From NCBI GenBank assembly GCA_973895155.1, contig OZ316893.1, forward strand, positions 1,488,860-1,552,859: a stretch of DNA of 64,000 nt. Direction: 5' to 3'. This DNA comes from Marsupella aquatica (Eukaryota > Plantae > Marchantiophyta). Shown here in pieces: positions 50,516 to 64,000 of the stretch; the first letter of the stretch is position 1; every line of letters starts with the position of its first letter. The translations under genes were made by a program, and so were the position numbers. Under the pieces are notes generated by a model. That model saw nothing but the letters and a program-made list of their open reading frames with translations. It was not told the DNA's origin and did no database searches.

Positions 50516-51791
50516 TCCTCTTAATTGTGTTTTGAAGTCCCAATGAGCAATCTCCATGGCCATTAGACAGTCCTGTCAGAAATCCACACCAAGAGCGGAC
50601 ATTGCACCTAATAGAGGAATCCTCATTGTTACGTTCCACATTTGTTGGTCCTTGTTCCATTTAAAAATCCGCTCCAGCGATTTAAAACGAAACACGGTAA
50701 AGAACGGTGGCCTCAAAGTTCCTGTGGGCTCATCTGTATCATAACACATACTGGGATGAGTCCATGAATCTCGAGGCGCCGAACAGAAAGTGTACCCTCA
50801 TTGATATATATTTTATATCAGCCAAGATGGGTGAGATTATTTGACGGCCGCATTGGAAACTCTTATGATATTCAGGTGACATGCTGTGTATTTGTTCATA
50901 ACATTTCCACAACGATCTTAGTTCGGTTTGTTTGAGGACAATGCTAAGCTGATCCTAGTAAAGGTAAAAGGACGCATCACTCATCAGCATGACTTCGAGA
51001 TGAATATGGCATGACTCTGGTTGAAATTGTGATCATTCTGGTACTACAAGGTTACAGCTTTGTAGTATACGGTGACGAATTGAACCCTACAGTTTTATAC
51101 TTCGATGCAGATGGCGCACGTCTTGATAATTAAAATCTAGCGGTCTAATTGACACATCTTTCTCCTTTACAAGTATGCTATGGTAAGTAGGAGGTTTTGC
51201 TAATCGTCTGCACTATAGTAGTTCTGACAGTATGGTATGGTAAGTGACTTTCATGCGAAGGAGATTTTGCTAATCTTCTGCACTACAGTAGCTCCGAACA
51301 TATCAAGATTCCGAGGGGTAAGAGGTTTATCAAAGAGGTATTTAACTTAGTACTGCACATCTCAAGTGCTTCTCACATCTTGATCCAATAGTGTTGTCTG
51401 GAGGTCCTGGTTTCAGAGATTATATTTGAAGAAACATACTGACATTCGGTCGGAAACTATGAGGATATGGAGACGTGAGGAAAATGACAGCCGATATCCC
51501 AGATAGCTGACTCTACAGAGATAAAGTCTGATATACGAAGACGATCTTCCCTGTGATCAACGTCGTTTGAGGATTGATTACAGGTACAGTCCCAGACCTC
51601 GCACTCCAAAAATGACGAAGATGGGCTCAGTCCCTCATGCAGACTTGACAGAATGATGTCAAAGTGCACGAACCTCTCAGCAATTCGTTGTAGCAGAAGC
51701 AATTGCCACACACTCCATCTAATGATCACATGAACCTACCCCACATAAGATCGCTTTCAGGACAAGGGCACCGGTATTACGGCATTCCGAA

Positions 51792-52078
51792 TTGAAGGTG
51801 AAACTGTTCCTGCCCTACGGGATATATGCATGTCAGTCATGTCATTGACTGAGCAAAAGCAGAGGCCGACGGCAATACTACATCGAAGGTGGAACTGTTC
51901 TTACAATACGGGCTATATGCATGCCAGACAATACTGCATCGAAGGTGGAACGGTTCTTGCACTACGGGAGATATGCATGCTAGACATGTCATCGACTGAA
52001 CCAAAGCAGGGGCCGGCGTTGAAGGTGGAACTGTACTTGCAATTCAGGATATAAGCACGACATTTCATTGACTGAACG
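51792..52078. repeat. Four degenerate direct repeats (GAAGGTGGAACTGTTCTTGC..TACGGG..TATGCATG)
   Basis: Units at ~51792, 51883, 51939 and 52019 with variable spacing. Confidence 0.7.
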
Positions 52079-52351
52079 AAGTGAAATAGAGTGGTGGGAT
52101 CCCAAAGCCAAACCTGTAAGATACCCCTCGATACAATTAATATTATCATCAGACTCTGAAGAACATATGTCAAACTATATATATACAAAAAATCCGTGTC
52201 CTGGTTATTTGCACATCAAAAGGTAAAACTAAAGACGTAGAAGAAACAACACTTGGTGATATAAGAGAATGATCGGGTTTTTATTGTATAAAAAATCCTT
52301 CCAAAATTGTAGGCACAAGCGCCGTGAACAACACACCATATGTCGCTGCAA

Positions 52352-52588
52352 TGTTTTAGTTAGACTTTTTGGTTGACCAGAGTTAGCGCCACTCTTTGTG
52401 GCTAGGCTAGTTGTACAGTACCGTATTCATGTCTTCATGTGATGATCCAGTCCAAATCGGCCTGCCTCTGTCGTTTCTGCTTACTGCTGGATTAGCTTTG
52501 TGTGGCTCTTGGCAACTCACCCTCCCTTCTCCTCGTGTAATGAGTGACTTGTATTGTGTTCTCCTCTAAATTGGTCATGGTATCAGAG
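52352..52588 (+). mobile_element. LTR remnant (TG...CA) followed by a tRNA-iMet primer-binding site
   Basis: TGTTTTAG at 52352, CA at 52576-52577, then TGGTATCAGAG (52578-52588). No internal ORF or second LTR found. Confidence 0.6.
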
Positions 52589-55500
52589 TCCCAGATGTGG
52601 TCCCTAGGGGTTTAGAGTATAACTCCAGCTTAGAAGCAAAGTCTCTGAGCTCTCCTCGCATTGCCTGTCTTAGATAGCAGCCACAAGCTCTCTTGTCAGC
52701 TAGAATAGTCAGCCATTGATGGAACTAGCTCGGTTTCTTAATTTGGGTTTTTCCTGGTGGCCTTCCCTTTATTGGGTCCTCTTTGCCTGTGAGATAGTGT
52801 CTCCAAGCTGGGTACCTTTTTTTTTTGGCACCTTTTGTTTTTTTGCAGTGTGGTGTGTACTCAAGATGTAGCAAGTGCTGAAGTAGGTATGTAAACTGGA
52901 TGTACAAGATCCAGTCTCTGCAATAGTGAGTGGTACATAATTGTGTGCCAAATGAACCATAAAGTCCTGGGAAAACACAAATCTGAAGGTAGCTTTACAA
53001 GAAGTTGGTGCAACTTTTTTCTGGTCTCCAAGATGTGATAAAATCCATTCATTTAGGAGATACCATTGCATTTCACTTTACAAAAAGTTGGGGGCAGTTT
53101 CCTTCTATAAGATCCTCCTTGGAATGGAGTGTGCCCCAAATTTTGCTTATGTTGAGCACAATTTTGTCCCAGATTTTAGCCCACCTCACTATTTTAAATC
53201 ATTTGAATGAAAAGTAGACCCATAAATCCTTCGTTAGACCTTCTCCTAACGAGAGCTTGAGTTCAAACGCTTGGCTAGAAGACTACGGTAGGTGCCACAA
53301 GGTGCGCAAGATTTTGCCAGCCGAACGGATGAGACAGGGTGTGCCGCTCGAACCAGATTATCAGACTGATTGCTTTTCTATCGTTTTATTCTGTTTTCTC
53401 GAAAGATTTGATTGAATACCATTCATTGAAACATCCTTTTTCTATTTTACCTGAAGTCCAATTGAAGTACGAAAGGAAGGAAGATTGGTTTGCTCCAACG
53501 AAGTCTAGGCTCTCTCCGGCCGACTCGTCCGATCGAGACCAGGTTGAAAGAGATACCAGTACGAGCATCGTTAAAGATTGGTTCGCTCCACTGAAGACTC
53601 CGTCCGACTCGTCCGATCGTTACCAGGTGAAAGCGTGATCAGTATGAGCACTGTTAAGGTTCATTCCAGCTCTATGCTAGACCTACAGATAGTGCATGCC
53701 TCTCCAACCTCCCACATTCCGTGATGAGAGTACCTGAAGCCACACCTGTTGCTTTCACTCACGCATCCGGCGTGCAGATTGTGACCGATCATGTGGGGTC
53801 AGCCCTGATCATCATTCTCAAAACCAAGAGCTATGCACTAATTCTTCTCACCCCCATTTCCCCCATTTCCGGCCAGGTCTTCGCTGTCGGATGTTACACT
53901 GATTGAGCATGCATCTTTTCCGCCAATGTACGCATGAAACGTGACCCTCTTTTCCGCATCCACTAGGAGCATTGCTATCGGAACAGTGCTCGTTGCTTCC
54001 TCGTTTAGCTACCCGCTTGGGTAGCTACTACAGTAGACGGCAGCTCTGGACGTACTCGATCGACATACTAATGAAGGACCTGACTGATCATCGTATAATT
54101 CCCGACGCTTTGAAGTGTAGAACGAATTTAATCCCTAAACTAAAGTATCTGTTCACTCGACTAATGCTATTCAAGCCAGTCAATGTAATGTGAATATAAA
54201 TCGAGCAAGAACTTACTTAAGGAATCAACAACGTCCTCGCTGATGAGATTACCTCAGTCCTTCTCGATCCCTTGTATCTGTCTAGGGCCAGGCAAGCATG
54301 AACCTTGTGAACAGTTTCGGGACAGCTTCGTTTACGTATCGGATCATACTCTCTCACCATGGGTTCCGTCGAGAGCTGTTTCAACGAGCGCATTCTGAAC
54401 GAGATCATCTCAAGCTTTTCTGATCGAGAGTACGTCATGAAAGTCCTGCTTGGTGAGGAATGTAGTGAAGTACTGAGTATCATAGATTGTTCTACATATG
54501 GGCTCACGAGCAGTGTGGTAAGAAGGTCGATCTGAACATCCGGAGCTAGAGCTCACCGAGAGTCACATTACTGATAATCGATCGAGAGCGGATTCATTGT
54601 CCTTGAGGCAAGGTGCATGTAATACTTCGACTGACATCTGTGGATGTCTTGGCATATGAATGGTTAATTCCTAGAGTTCAAGATTTACCTCCATTGGCGA
54701 CCTGATCGTATGATCAAAACAAAGTAATTGAGCTGGGTTGAAAAATATATTAAAAAAAACGGCAGCACGCAGCAAAAAAAAAAAACGTGACACGAATGAA
54801 GATAATCGCATCCGATCCTGGATAAGATCGTAGCATTCACAGGACTCGATAACGAGCTCCTCCAAGAGCCAGGCCACCGTCCATGTCGTCGACGACAAAG
54901 TACAATCGGGCCTAATGACATCTCCTTGATTTTGCTCATGCAAGCACCCAAGGAATTAGTTCTCCCAAAGTGTGCTGGTCAATGTAGATTCTAAACGATG
55001 GATCCCTTAAGGTCCTCGAATACATACTCATGGATATATAGTTCAATGTCAGCTGTCTCCTTAGTAAATATTCAAGTAAATCGCAGATTTCAACACATTA
55101 CTTTCAACTTCATGAAGCTCTCAGCCACACAATCATGAAAGACCCTAGTAAGTGTCGCGTTGAATTGATAATGAGAAGACATAACAAATTGGGTCTGCCT
55201 ACATAGCATAAATCTAGCAAGTCTCGTTACAGTTGGTATGCTACAATAGAACATAATTATAAGAATCCTATACAGTCATCAAGTCTCGCTGAATCGTCAA
55301 ATCGTGTCTACAGGATCATGGGTCCATATTACACATCATGACCTGTACATCATAAAGACATTACGCGGGTATAAAAGTTCTCGGGCAAAAATGGTGGATC
55401 GACTCGATCAGTAAATTGTAATCTCGCTAAAATCTCTATTGTGACTTCCATGGGACTCCCACAGCTCGCTATAGACTGCACAATAATTCAACCTATAATA

Positions 55501-55656
55501 TTTGATCACGCTTGGGAGGAAGAAAAGCTATGTTTCTCGGCATTGTACAGACAGTAACTCTAGTTGAGTACCGTTGCTGAAGATCGATCCACACCTACTG
55601 ACAGCGGGCATCTCAAACAGCAACTGCTGTATTCCAGATTGGCCATCGGAGCCTTT

Positions 55657-55848
55657 TCACTGGTGAAGCTCAGACGTCACATTACCTGACTTCTCAAGGT
55701 CCCGCTCGAGGTCGGCAATCGGATGCAAAATCCTCTCCTTTCGCTTCGTGCGTAGAATCTGACAACAGATGAATGCGACTAGGAACAAGAACAACGACAG
55801 ACATAACGCTGCCATTAGCAAGCCTAGGATCACGCCCTGCCTCACCAT
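55657..55848 (-). CDS. Putative 63-aa single-pass membrane peptide
   Basis: ATG start, ~24-aa hydrophobic helix ending in CC, basic stop-transfer RTKRKER. No family recognised. Confidence 0.35.
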   Translation of the reverse strand: MVRQGVILGLLMAALCLSLFLFLVAFICCQILRTKRKERILHPIADLERDLEKSGNVTSELHQ

Positions 55849-57483
55849 CTTGAAAAAATAGTTGAGATGCCTGTGACGACGATTTTCCTTCGCAGAACTT
55901 AATCTTCGGAAAGGCCGATCAGTCTCCGAGCTGGGGTAGATTATGACTGTTGAATGCTCAGGTGCAGGTTAGTAAGTAGAGACTTCGAGTTCACTTCGCG
56001 AATGGCGCTGGTTGGCTCCGCGTAGCCTAGACAAGGAAAATTTGAGCTCTCCAGAAAAGTCTCTGTGATCAGGGGCTTGGAACGTATTTGGCAATCAGCT
56101 AGCTCGAATGGAAGGGTTTCAGCACTGCGTCACAAGTAGAATGTTGGTGTAGGTAACATACTCTTCGTTCCGTCTCACAAAGTTCTGTCGTTGTGTGTCG
56201 TTCATGCCTTTGCCGAGATTCAACAGAACCAAATCTAGCTATCAAGCTACATCGGGAGGTGCGTGTTGCGCAGACAGTAATTGAAGAGTTTCTGTTCCTA
56301 TGAAGAATTTAAGTATAAGAATTTGTGCGAAGTGCACAACAGAAGTGATCTCGACATACGACGGACATGGCGACTAAATCTACACCCCCTCGTCCGACCG
56401 ATCGATGGCGCAGCCTCGTGGACCTCCGAAGTTCAGACTTGAATCAACTCGAAAAGTTGAGCAGAACGATATTGCTAGCCCTGCGAAGTTGCGCCGCCAA
56501 GCCCTTTACAATGGAGCCTCAAATGTTAAAGGAGAACTAGTTGTGGAGGTTGGTGCATGGGGTAACTTTCACCTGTGCAGGCGTCTGTGTAGCTCTACCA
56601 CCGGCCCTTGCTCCGAGAAACTGTCTAGTCCTGACATAAGATACAAATACTCCACTCCCGGCCATTCAAGGCTTCACCTATAAGTGATCAGAAGCGACTG
56701 ATTTAATGTAATCCTTTGGGAAGGATCAGCGCAGTCACAGCCTGAGTTGTGAGTGTGATTCAACCAAATCCTCCCCAACCCACTGAACCCAGTGCCAGCA
56801 ATCATGGTCACAGTGACGCCTCTGGTTTGTCGATTTCATCCACCTTTCCAGAGAGCGAAATTTCCGACCGGCTGACTCTGCTTAGAGCGTAAGTTATGCT
56901 ACAATCCGACCTCGGCCCCACACGAGCTCCAAGAGCTCCATCCAGCATTCATCGGTCTGCTTACATTTCATTACACTCTCGATACAAGTCTGCGAGTGAC
57001 GTCCATCTGACGAAGGCAAGCCTTGGCCCTTCCGGTGCTGTTTGGGTTGAGATGGCGGGATGAAAAGAGGTGATTCTCACTGCAACTGTCTGAATACTCG
57101 AATTTCCTGCCTTCTTATTTTGCACTCTCTTGTACTGTTCTGGAGTCGTGTCGGTTCCAATCATTTGCTCGAGTCACTTTTGCGGTAGTAAAGAGTAAAG
57201 ACTCCTCTGGATCAAATTGCGCCGCCATGGCAAGCTAATCAAGTTGCTTTTAATATCTTTTTCAAAGGAATGCATGGACAAGAATGCATGGACAAGCCTC
57301 CCTGCTGGTAATCACACATCAATGTGGCTGATTGAAAGAAAAAAACTAGGATTATCACCGTATCACCGTATGCAGGGGTGCCGTACAAAGTATATGTCAT
57401 ATTTTCACAAGCCTGTGAGCGGGCCTGGTTTAAGCCAATGGGCATGTTCACTTCGGGCAAGTTTAAATTTATGTGTTTGCACG

Positions 57484-57820
57484 AAACATAAACTAGTCAC
57501 ATTACGGCTCCAAAAGGGGCCAAATGAGACATATACATCTTTATTCCCTGGCCCGATCTCAAATTGAGACAAGCTTATATGGTACCCTAAACATAAACTA
57601 GTCACATTGGGGCTCCTAAAGGGGCCAAATGACACATATTCATCTTTATTCCCCTACCTGTACTGAATTCTCCCAAACCCCTTCCTGGCCTGGTCTACCT
57701 GGACTCCCAAGGTTTAGAGAGCCCGTCTCCAGTTTGGGGTCAGGGCCAGGTCGGGTTGGGTCAGGTTGGGGCTGGGTTGGGCCGAGGGTGGGGTTGGGGT
57801 TGGGACCGGAGGGTTGGGAC
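57484..57820. repeat. ~65-bp direct repeat pair (57484, 57589) followed by a GGG(T/C)-rich tract (57732-57818)
   Basis: AAACATAAACTAGTCACATT..GGGCCAAATGA..CATCTTTATTCCC occurs twice; more than ten G-runs follow. Confidence 0.6.
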
Positions 57821-60800
57821 TACCAGGTGTGAGGGATGATGGGTCCAGATAGACCCCCTACTTGCCAGTCACGGCCAAACTGGGTCAGCCGGTAAGCTGA
57901 TAAAGAGCTGTACTTGCTAAAATTATGAATGACAACAGCTATAAAATCCGAATTTCCCGAGCTTTCAGTATGACGCGTTGCCTGATCTGTGTGCATGAAT
58001 TGAACCACTACAGTAGAGTATCCAGCCAAAATGCCCCCATGGTTTCCAAAAGGCGAAAATGGAGGGAACAAGCCACTGAGACGCATTCCAGTTTTTGACA
58101 CACTGAATTACTTGACCTGAAGGGGGATATCCAATGGATATATCTGCTTTCACCTAGAGTGGGTACTAACTAGGTAAATGTGCTGGGTAAATATTTCGTA
58201 GCATATAACTACTACATGTAAAGTGCAATTCATTTGTCACAAGATTATTTTGTGGAGGTAGTTTTGCCTGGAGGATGGGAATTTTCTATTTAGTTTGGGA
58301 TAAAATTGTCTTCTCTTCTTATGGTCACAATGAGAGTCATGCCACAGTTGAGCATTGGGCTAGATAGCATGTCATCGTAGCTGTTCTATACAATAATATA
58401 AATTATTTGTTAATACTGTCAAGGACCTTAATACTGAGATTCTTATTTTGACTAGTTTTAATTAGTACAAATAGAATAGAGTTGTGGGGCATAATGTCCT
58501 TACAACCAAGAACTAACATTAGTTTGAGTTTGAGTGGCTATGTATTGTACTTTAATTAATAGGCCCCTAATACACTAAAAAGGCCTGACTAAGAGATTTT
58601 TATTTCTACTTATTTTAGTGACGTGTAAAAATCTGCTATTTATAGTTGATTGAAGTGAATCAAACAAATCTTGTTTGTTCAATGTGATTCAAGAGTACCC
58701 CAAAGGAGTTATAAATTTATGAAGTTTGCTCTATATTTGAGTAGTATATGGAAGGAATTATAAGTTTCCAAAGTTTTTTTAATGCTTGAATGAGTAGTAA
58801 GTTTTGTAAATCGTAATCAAATATTGTGCACATTTTTAGCTCCTTTTATAAGCAAATTTTAACTATTGTCCATTATTTGTTTTTAACTTTAAGTATGTGT
58901 GACACTATTTGACTTGTGATCACAATTAGTGTCATACTATATTAGTGTCACACACCCTAATTACTCTCACTTACCTCAAATATAATCTCACAATAATTAG
59001 AGTGCGTGAGACTAAATATTGTAAAGAGTGTACTCCACATCTTGATTGTGCATTTTCTCAAATAGTTGCCCCCAAAAATTACAAAGAGAACCATCAAGAA
59101 TTACAAAGAGACATTTTCTCCAATAGTGCCCCAAAAATTAGGAGAGGGATATGCTTAGTAAACCTCTTCTGGAAAAAGTTTGCTCAATCAACCACCTGGA
59201 TACTTTTCCCAAATCTGGACCTTTTGATGGACTTTTTGATCTCAGATCTGGATCGTTAATAGACCTTAGTAGGTACATCAAGGAACAAGTTTCATTTTGT
59301 GGGTCGATCAAGCAAATACCTCCAAAAATTACAAAGAGAACCATCAAGAATTACAAAGAGTATGGTGTTTGACATTACTCCCCATAGCAATTTGGTGCGC
59401 AGTTTGCCCACAGTCCCTGTAAGCGGAAGATTAGCACTCGATCATGTGTGCTGTGTGTCATTATGCGTGATCTCGTACCCACGTCCTTGCCGTGGAGCCA
59501 GCGAACACGGCGGTTCGCGAGAATGGAAAGCCAAGCAAGAACGACAGGGTGCGGGGTTCCACAAAGCCGACGAAGTTTCCTCAGCTAAATGCGGTGGTGG
59601 TGCATGTACTTAACCTTTATCTTGTGTCGTTTACGCAAATTGGAAACGTAGACTGCAAGAATTAACAGCTTTCTGGGAGGCTGCCGGTTTACTACCATGT
59701 CAGCTTTGCGTCTGGACAGGACGTAGCTCTGCACGGGAATATACACTAAGGGATTTATGAGGAATTGATTCCCGAAAGCGATCAATTCGCCCAACTGATG
59801 GCCAATTGTAAATCATGCAGTTCATCAACGATGTAGAGATTCACCTGATCTGTTAGGAAGCCTGCAGTTTGCCAACAATTTTGAAGGAGAGAGAAGGGAG
59901 AGGGGATGGCGCGATTGTGTGATTGATGGACCTTTGTTATGTACCAACCGGCGATCTCATGAACTCATCTTTAATTGCAGCTCACAGGTGGAAAAAAGAG
60001 TGGACGCTTTCCTGAGAGCTCTAGAGTACTGTGGTCTTTCCAAACATCATAGTCATTGTCAACTGCCTTTCCCTTTGTGTCGGTCTTGTGTCTGATTCGG
60101 TTTTCCTTTGCTTAATTAATGTTTATTTATACACGAGACCAAGGTCTAGAAGGCTTTGATACCCTATGTAAGCGAGAGCACAAATTTGCTTGTCAAATTT
60201 TCTTGGGCACTGTACATTATGACTATTGTTTAACTCAAAACAACAGGAAACCCCAGTTCGTTCTAACTTATGTAGTGAATTTGTATGACTCGGAACAACA
60301 AGAAATCCCACAGTACTTTATCGAGTGCAGTACAGGACGCGAGTGCCCCCGAATACCAAGAGCACTCCTGTTGCGAGACAAACATTCTAGTAAGAAACGG
60401 TTGGAATGTGCAGGAAGTGCCAAACATACAGTGCACTCCAGTTGCGAGTAACAAAGAGTGGGAATCTCTAGGGTGCACTTACTATCCACGAGCACGAATG
60501 CTGAATACTATATATACACGTCCAAGATTTTGCACCTAAAAACCAAGTACGCGAATTGAGTAATTCTCTGTCCACCATGTCGACTGCTTGATCTAAAAAC
60601 AGCACCATAGCCCGCACCATAGTTCACGGTCATGTCTTAATTCGTAGAGTAGTCTTCACTGAAAGCGGAAATTTCCAGCAAATAAATTAACCTGTAGTTC
60701 CCGGTGATGTAGCGTGCGCCAATAGCATAGAAGTCAACGCAGAATATCCAAATCGCAGAGAATAGTTACTGGGAAAACCACTGTGAGGTAAAGTCAACTG

Positions 60801-62621
60801 AACCAATTCATCCCGTGTTAACAATCATAATTCCAACACCAAGTCAGACCAGACTCCTTCGCTCAATGCATTTAACTGCTGTCCATCATCTGAAATTAAC
60901 CTGCGATAAGGTTGTTTCCTCGCTATAGTCAACTACTGCCAAAGAAACCCCCCACAGCGTGAATAATTGGCCCGAGACACCTCTGCTTCTATCGATCTTC
61001 CACAGATCAATGAATGCTGGACTGCTGAGCTTAATCTGCTTCGAAGTCAGCTGAGTTGCAGCACCTGAATGGCTTGCAGTTCAGCTGACTTGAGAAGCTT
61101 GCGGAGGAAGTTGGCCTTCATTGAGAGCAAGCTTTAGTGTGGGAGCTTATGAGGCCACACACGGCTAGTACTGCAACGAGAGTAACTAAAGTTAAGCTAG
61201 CTAGCGGTTCAGGGCGCTTGTTGTTGATGAATGGAGTGGACTTTGCCAAGGAATAAAGGTAACAGATCTTGTGACGTTCCAAATGAAGTACCCCAGTATC
61301 ATCATCTCAAACAATTACTCTTACAGATTAATATGATTGATCCTTCTCAAAATTGGCTTGAATGGAAATGTATTCAATTAGCTAGTATTTATAAGTAGGA
61401 GCAACGAGTGTTAGTTGGGCAAGTTTGAGGCACAGAAATATGGGAAGGGTGTGGATATGCCATCAAATGGACAGGGGGAGGTAATTTCCCACGATATAAC
61501 AAAACCGGTCTAGCAAATTATAGATGTGATCATTGTGGAAACAATCAATGGGACAGAAATTTTACATCTGCTGTATGCCGATGCAATCTAAAAGTACTTG
61601 CGGTAACCAAATATACGAAAGTAATCTAAAAGTTTGTTTGCATGCAGACTTAAAAGGCAAAGCACCTATGCGCATTATCGAGATAATGATTATGTTCAAA
61701 AGCGAAACGATTAGTTCTGTTCATGTAAAATTCAACCTAGGTTAATACAGTATTCAGATTAAGGATTTTGCATGCCCCTCGTTTGGTTTTGTGAAGGTTT
61801 TGAGTGCATAGATAATTCAACTGAGTTAGATAGTAAGTAACTTATCATTTAAACTGTTTTCTAAATACTAGTTTTCCTGTCGGTCTTCTGGATTCAAACT
61901 TTTCTGTTTTCTGGATTCAAGCTTTAATTTCCGTTTGTCAACACAACTATATGTGATATTGGTGGTAAGCTTGCTTCATAATTCAAGCTCAAGTTTCTAC
62001 TGTCCCAAAATTTTCCGTCCATTACCAGTTATTGTCGCATTGTCCATCTATCACGGGTTCTGTTTTACATTTCATATATTGTTTCAATTATCAAAAATAT
62101 TCTTTCGCATACTAGTACAGGTTACGACAAGTTCTTCTTCGAAATTTATGCCAATTTTCCCTACAGTGAAAGCTCAATGTTCTTTTACGATTCACAACTA
62201 ACCATAGACCAATCGTCATTTTTTACAAGTTTTACTGTCACATTGAAGCATTGGTCGATAACCGGTGCATCTCATCTATGCACAACTAATCATGCGGCAT
62301 ATCCAGTTGTAGAATTAAAAATTTGATTTCAGCTTTACTTCAACTTCATCAACAGTTTATTGCTGGTTACAAATTACATGTCGACAGATTGTTAAATATG
62401 ACTACTGCTTCGCAAGCATAAAAAAATGACTTGCTTCGCCAGCAGAAAAAGAGCTTTAGCAATTATAGCTCTCAACAAGGAGACTACTCTGAATATTTCT
62501 GTACAATATGGATCAAGCTAATAGCACTGATGCAGTTTGATTGAGAAGATCTACACTACATGTGATAGATTTGTACAGACGGTGTCAAAAGGCCTAGACA
62601 ATTTGGTTTACATCAAATTTC

Positions 62622-63705
62622 TCAGTGAAAGACTGGGGACTGGCGCAGCATCTCGTCAACGATCAAAGCCGCAAATCCGATCATGGTCAGACGGCCGTTC
62701 CATCGCTCAGCTCTGGCATTGAATGGGCCCCAGCTGCGCGCATCGGTAGATTCCCCATTGATGATGGGAACCAGGGATGCGTAGGCGAAAATCTGCACTA
62801 TTGCAATGAAGAACGGGAGTCCGACCGCGCCTGGAGCGAAGAGCTGCTCCATCACAGTTAAACCAGACGCCTTCTCGGCCAGGAAGGCCCACACGAATCC
62901 CAACATTGCCTGCATGTTCACAGCCATCACAATTGGAAGAAGACTGATTAATTTCTCTTTGAAAAGAGTCGATTGCCTGACTACTACGGGAGAGTAGAAT
63001 TCCGTTCCCTTGTGGAAATGTCACATAGAGTACGCTACAGTCCGGCTAGACAGGCCTCAACATTTCATATGTAATTAACTCGCATAGAAATGTAATCTCC
63101 AGGAATTGCTTCCCTTACTATCTTTCGTGTACAGCTCAACCAATGAGAGCCTATGACAACTCCAAAGCTTTTTTGAAAACGAAACATCAAGGAATCCCAC
63201 CTAGATCCAGCTAGAGAACAGCGTCAAGAATTTTATTTCCTCAGTCAACTTCCGCTCCTAAAAGCCTAACATACTCCCTGGGAGCAAATGCAAACCAGCT
63301 CTTGGCGTGGTATGATGGGAAGATTCATTATTGATAGTGTAATTTACGACATACCAATCGCCCGTTGATGGTCTCGGGAGCGGCGCCATCGAACGCGAAA
63401 ATGCTGCCGAAGCTTCTGTCTCCAGTCTCGGGCCGCCTTTCGATTTCTGGGCGTGGGTAAAAGGATCCACTGCTGGGCACAGCTCCGAACACGGACTGCT
63501 TCTCGGACTGGTCTTGCAAGACAGAACGAGGAAAAGTTCGGCACGAGCAGGTGAGCTGAGACAGAAGATCTTGAGTGTATGTTCTCCACAATGAATGGAA
63601 GAGCGGATGATGCAACACAAGTACTCTGAGGGAACTTATAGCAGCCGGTGGTGGATCTCGATCATCGATCAGAAAAGGTGATCGAATGACATCAGTGGTA
63701 ATCAT
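62622..63705 (-). CDS. ELIP: Early light-induced protein (three-helix LHC-like); last exon 62622-62909, previous exon ends at 63355, start uncertain
   Basis: FAFDGAAPETINGRL|AMLGFV...ASLVP...AERWNGRLTMIGF: two LHC motifs joined across a GT-AG intron (63354-62910). Confidence 0.85.
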
Positions 63706-64000
63706 TATTGCAAAGACAACCAGACTGGGCTAACTTAGACACCCGTCACTCAAAGAACATCTCTTAAGGGCTATTAATCTCCACCTTGTAGTTTTTCCGC
63801 CAGTATGTCTCGATTTCTGATCGACAAGTCTCTGTTGTTGATATATCTGCAGGTGATTCTCCTTGCATTATTTCTAGCTCAGTGCGACAGTTATCTTGGA
63901 AGCCTGCTGCAAAGCAATCTGGACAAAATTATTGTTGTGTCTGTTAATTCCCGTGGCAACTCCTACTTCGAATTGGCGTCCTTTCAATTTCCCAGCTGTC

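Noticed and set aside
51792-52078. CRISPR-like repeat/spacer appearance (also 38003-38670)
   Set aside because: Eukaryotic context, degenerate repeats, related rather than unique spacers, no cas genes.
59070-59360. ~39-bp direct repeat CCAAAAATTACAAAGAGAACCATCAAGAATTACAAAGAG (and a similar small duplication at 53480-53635)
   Set aside because: Isolated local duplications with no associated structure.

Overview
Eukaryotic land-plant DNA: GT-AG introns, TTTAGGG repeats, ELIP/OPR/GT37 genes. The overall content suggests a non-seed plant such as a bryophyte (inference). Host genes: the 3' end of a Set2/ASHH2-like gene with an SRI-like C-terminus, two tandem intronless GT37 fucosyltransferases in a ~6.7-kb tandem duplication, a minus-strand polycistronic snoRNA cluster, MPP10 (11 exons), an OPR-I type OYE reductase (6 exons) and an ELIP. 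The most unusual item is a 13.1-kb Mutator-like element (5257-18407) with a 9-bp TSD, short imperfect TIRs and an empty site visible in the duplicated copy. It encodes a decayed DDE-SWIM transposase, a divergent ParB/Sulfiredoxin-like (VFDGNHRL) accessory gene and a third small gene, and carries a repeated 18-bp palindrome (GCTAGCGAnnTCGCTAGC) only in its non-coding parts. This is a candidate ParB/parS-like or VANC-like self-targeting system. Nested in it is a rearranged Copia element with an inverted LTR and a deletion junction filled with telomeric repeats. Also present: a 299-bp MITE of the same MULE family, a captured Mut7-C gene fragment, a long-TIR non-autonomous MULE and several minisatellites. 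All calls come from reading the sequence by eye; no searches were run.
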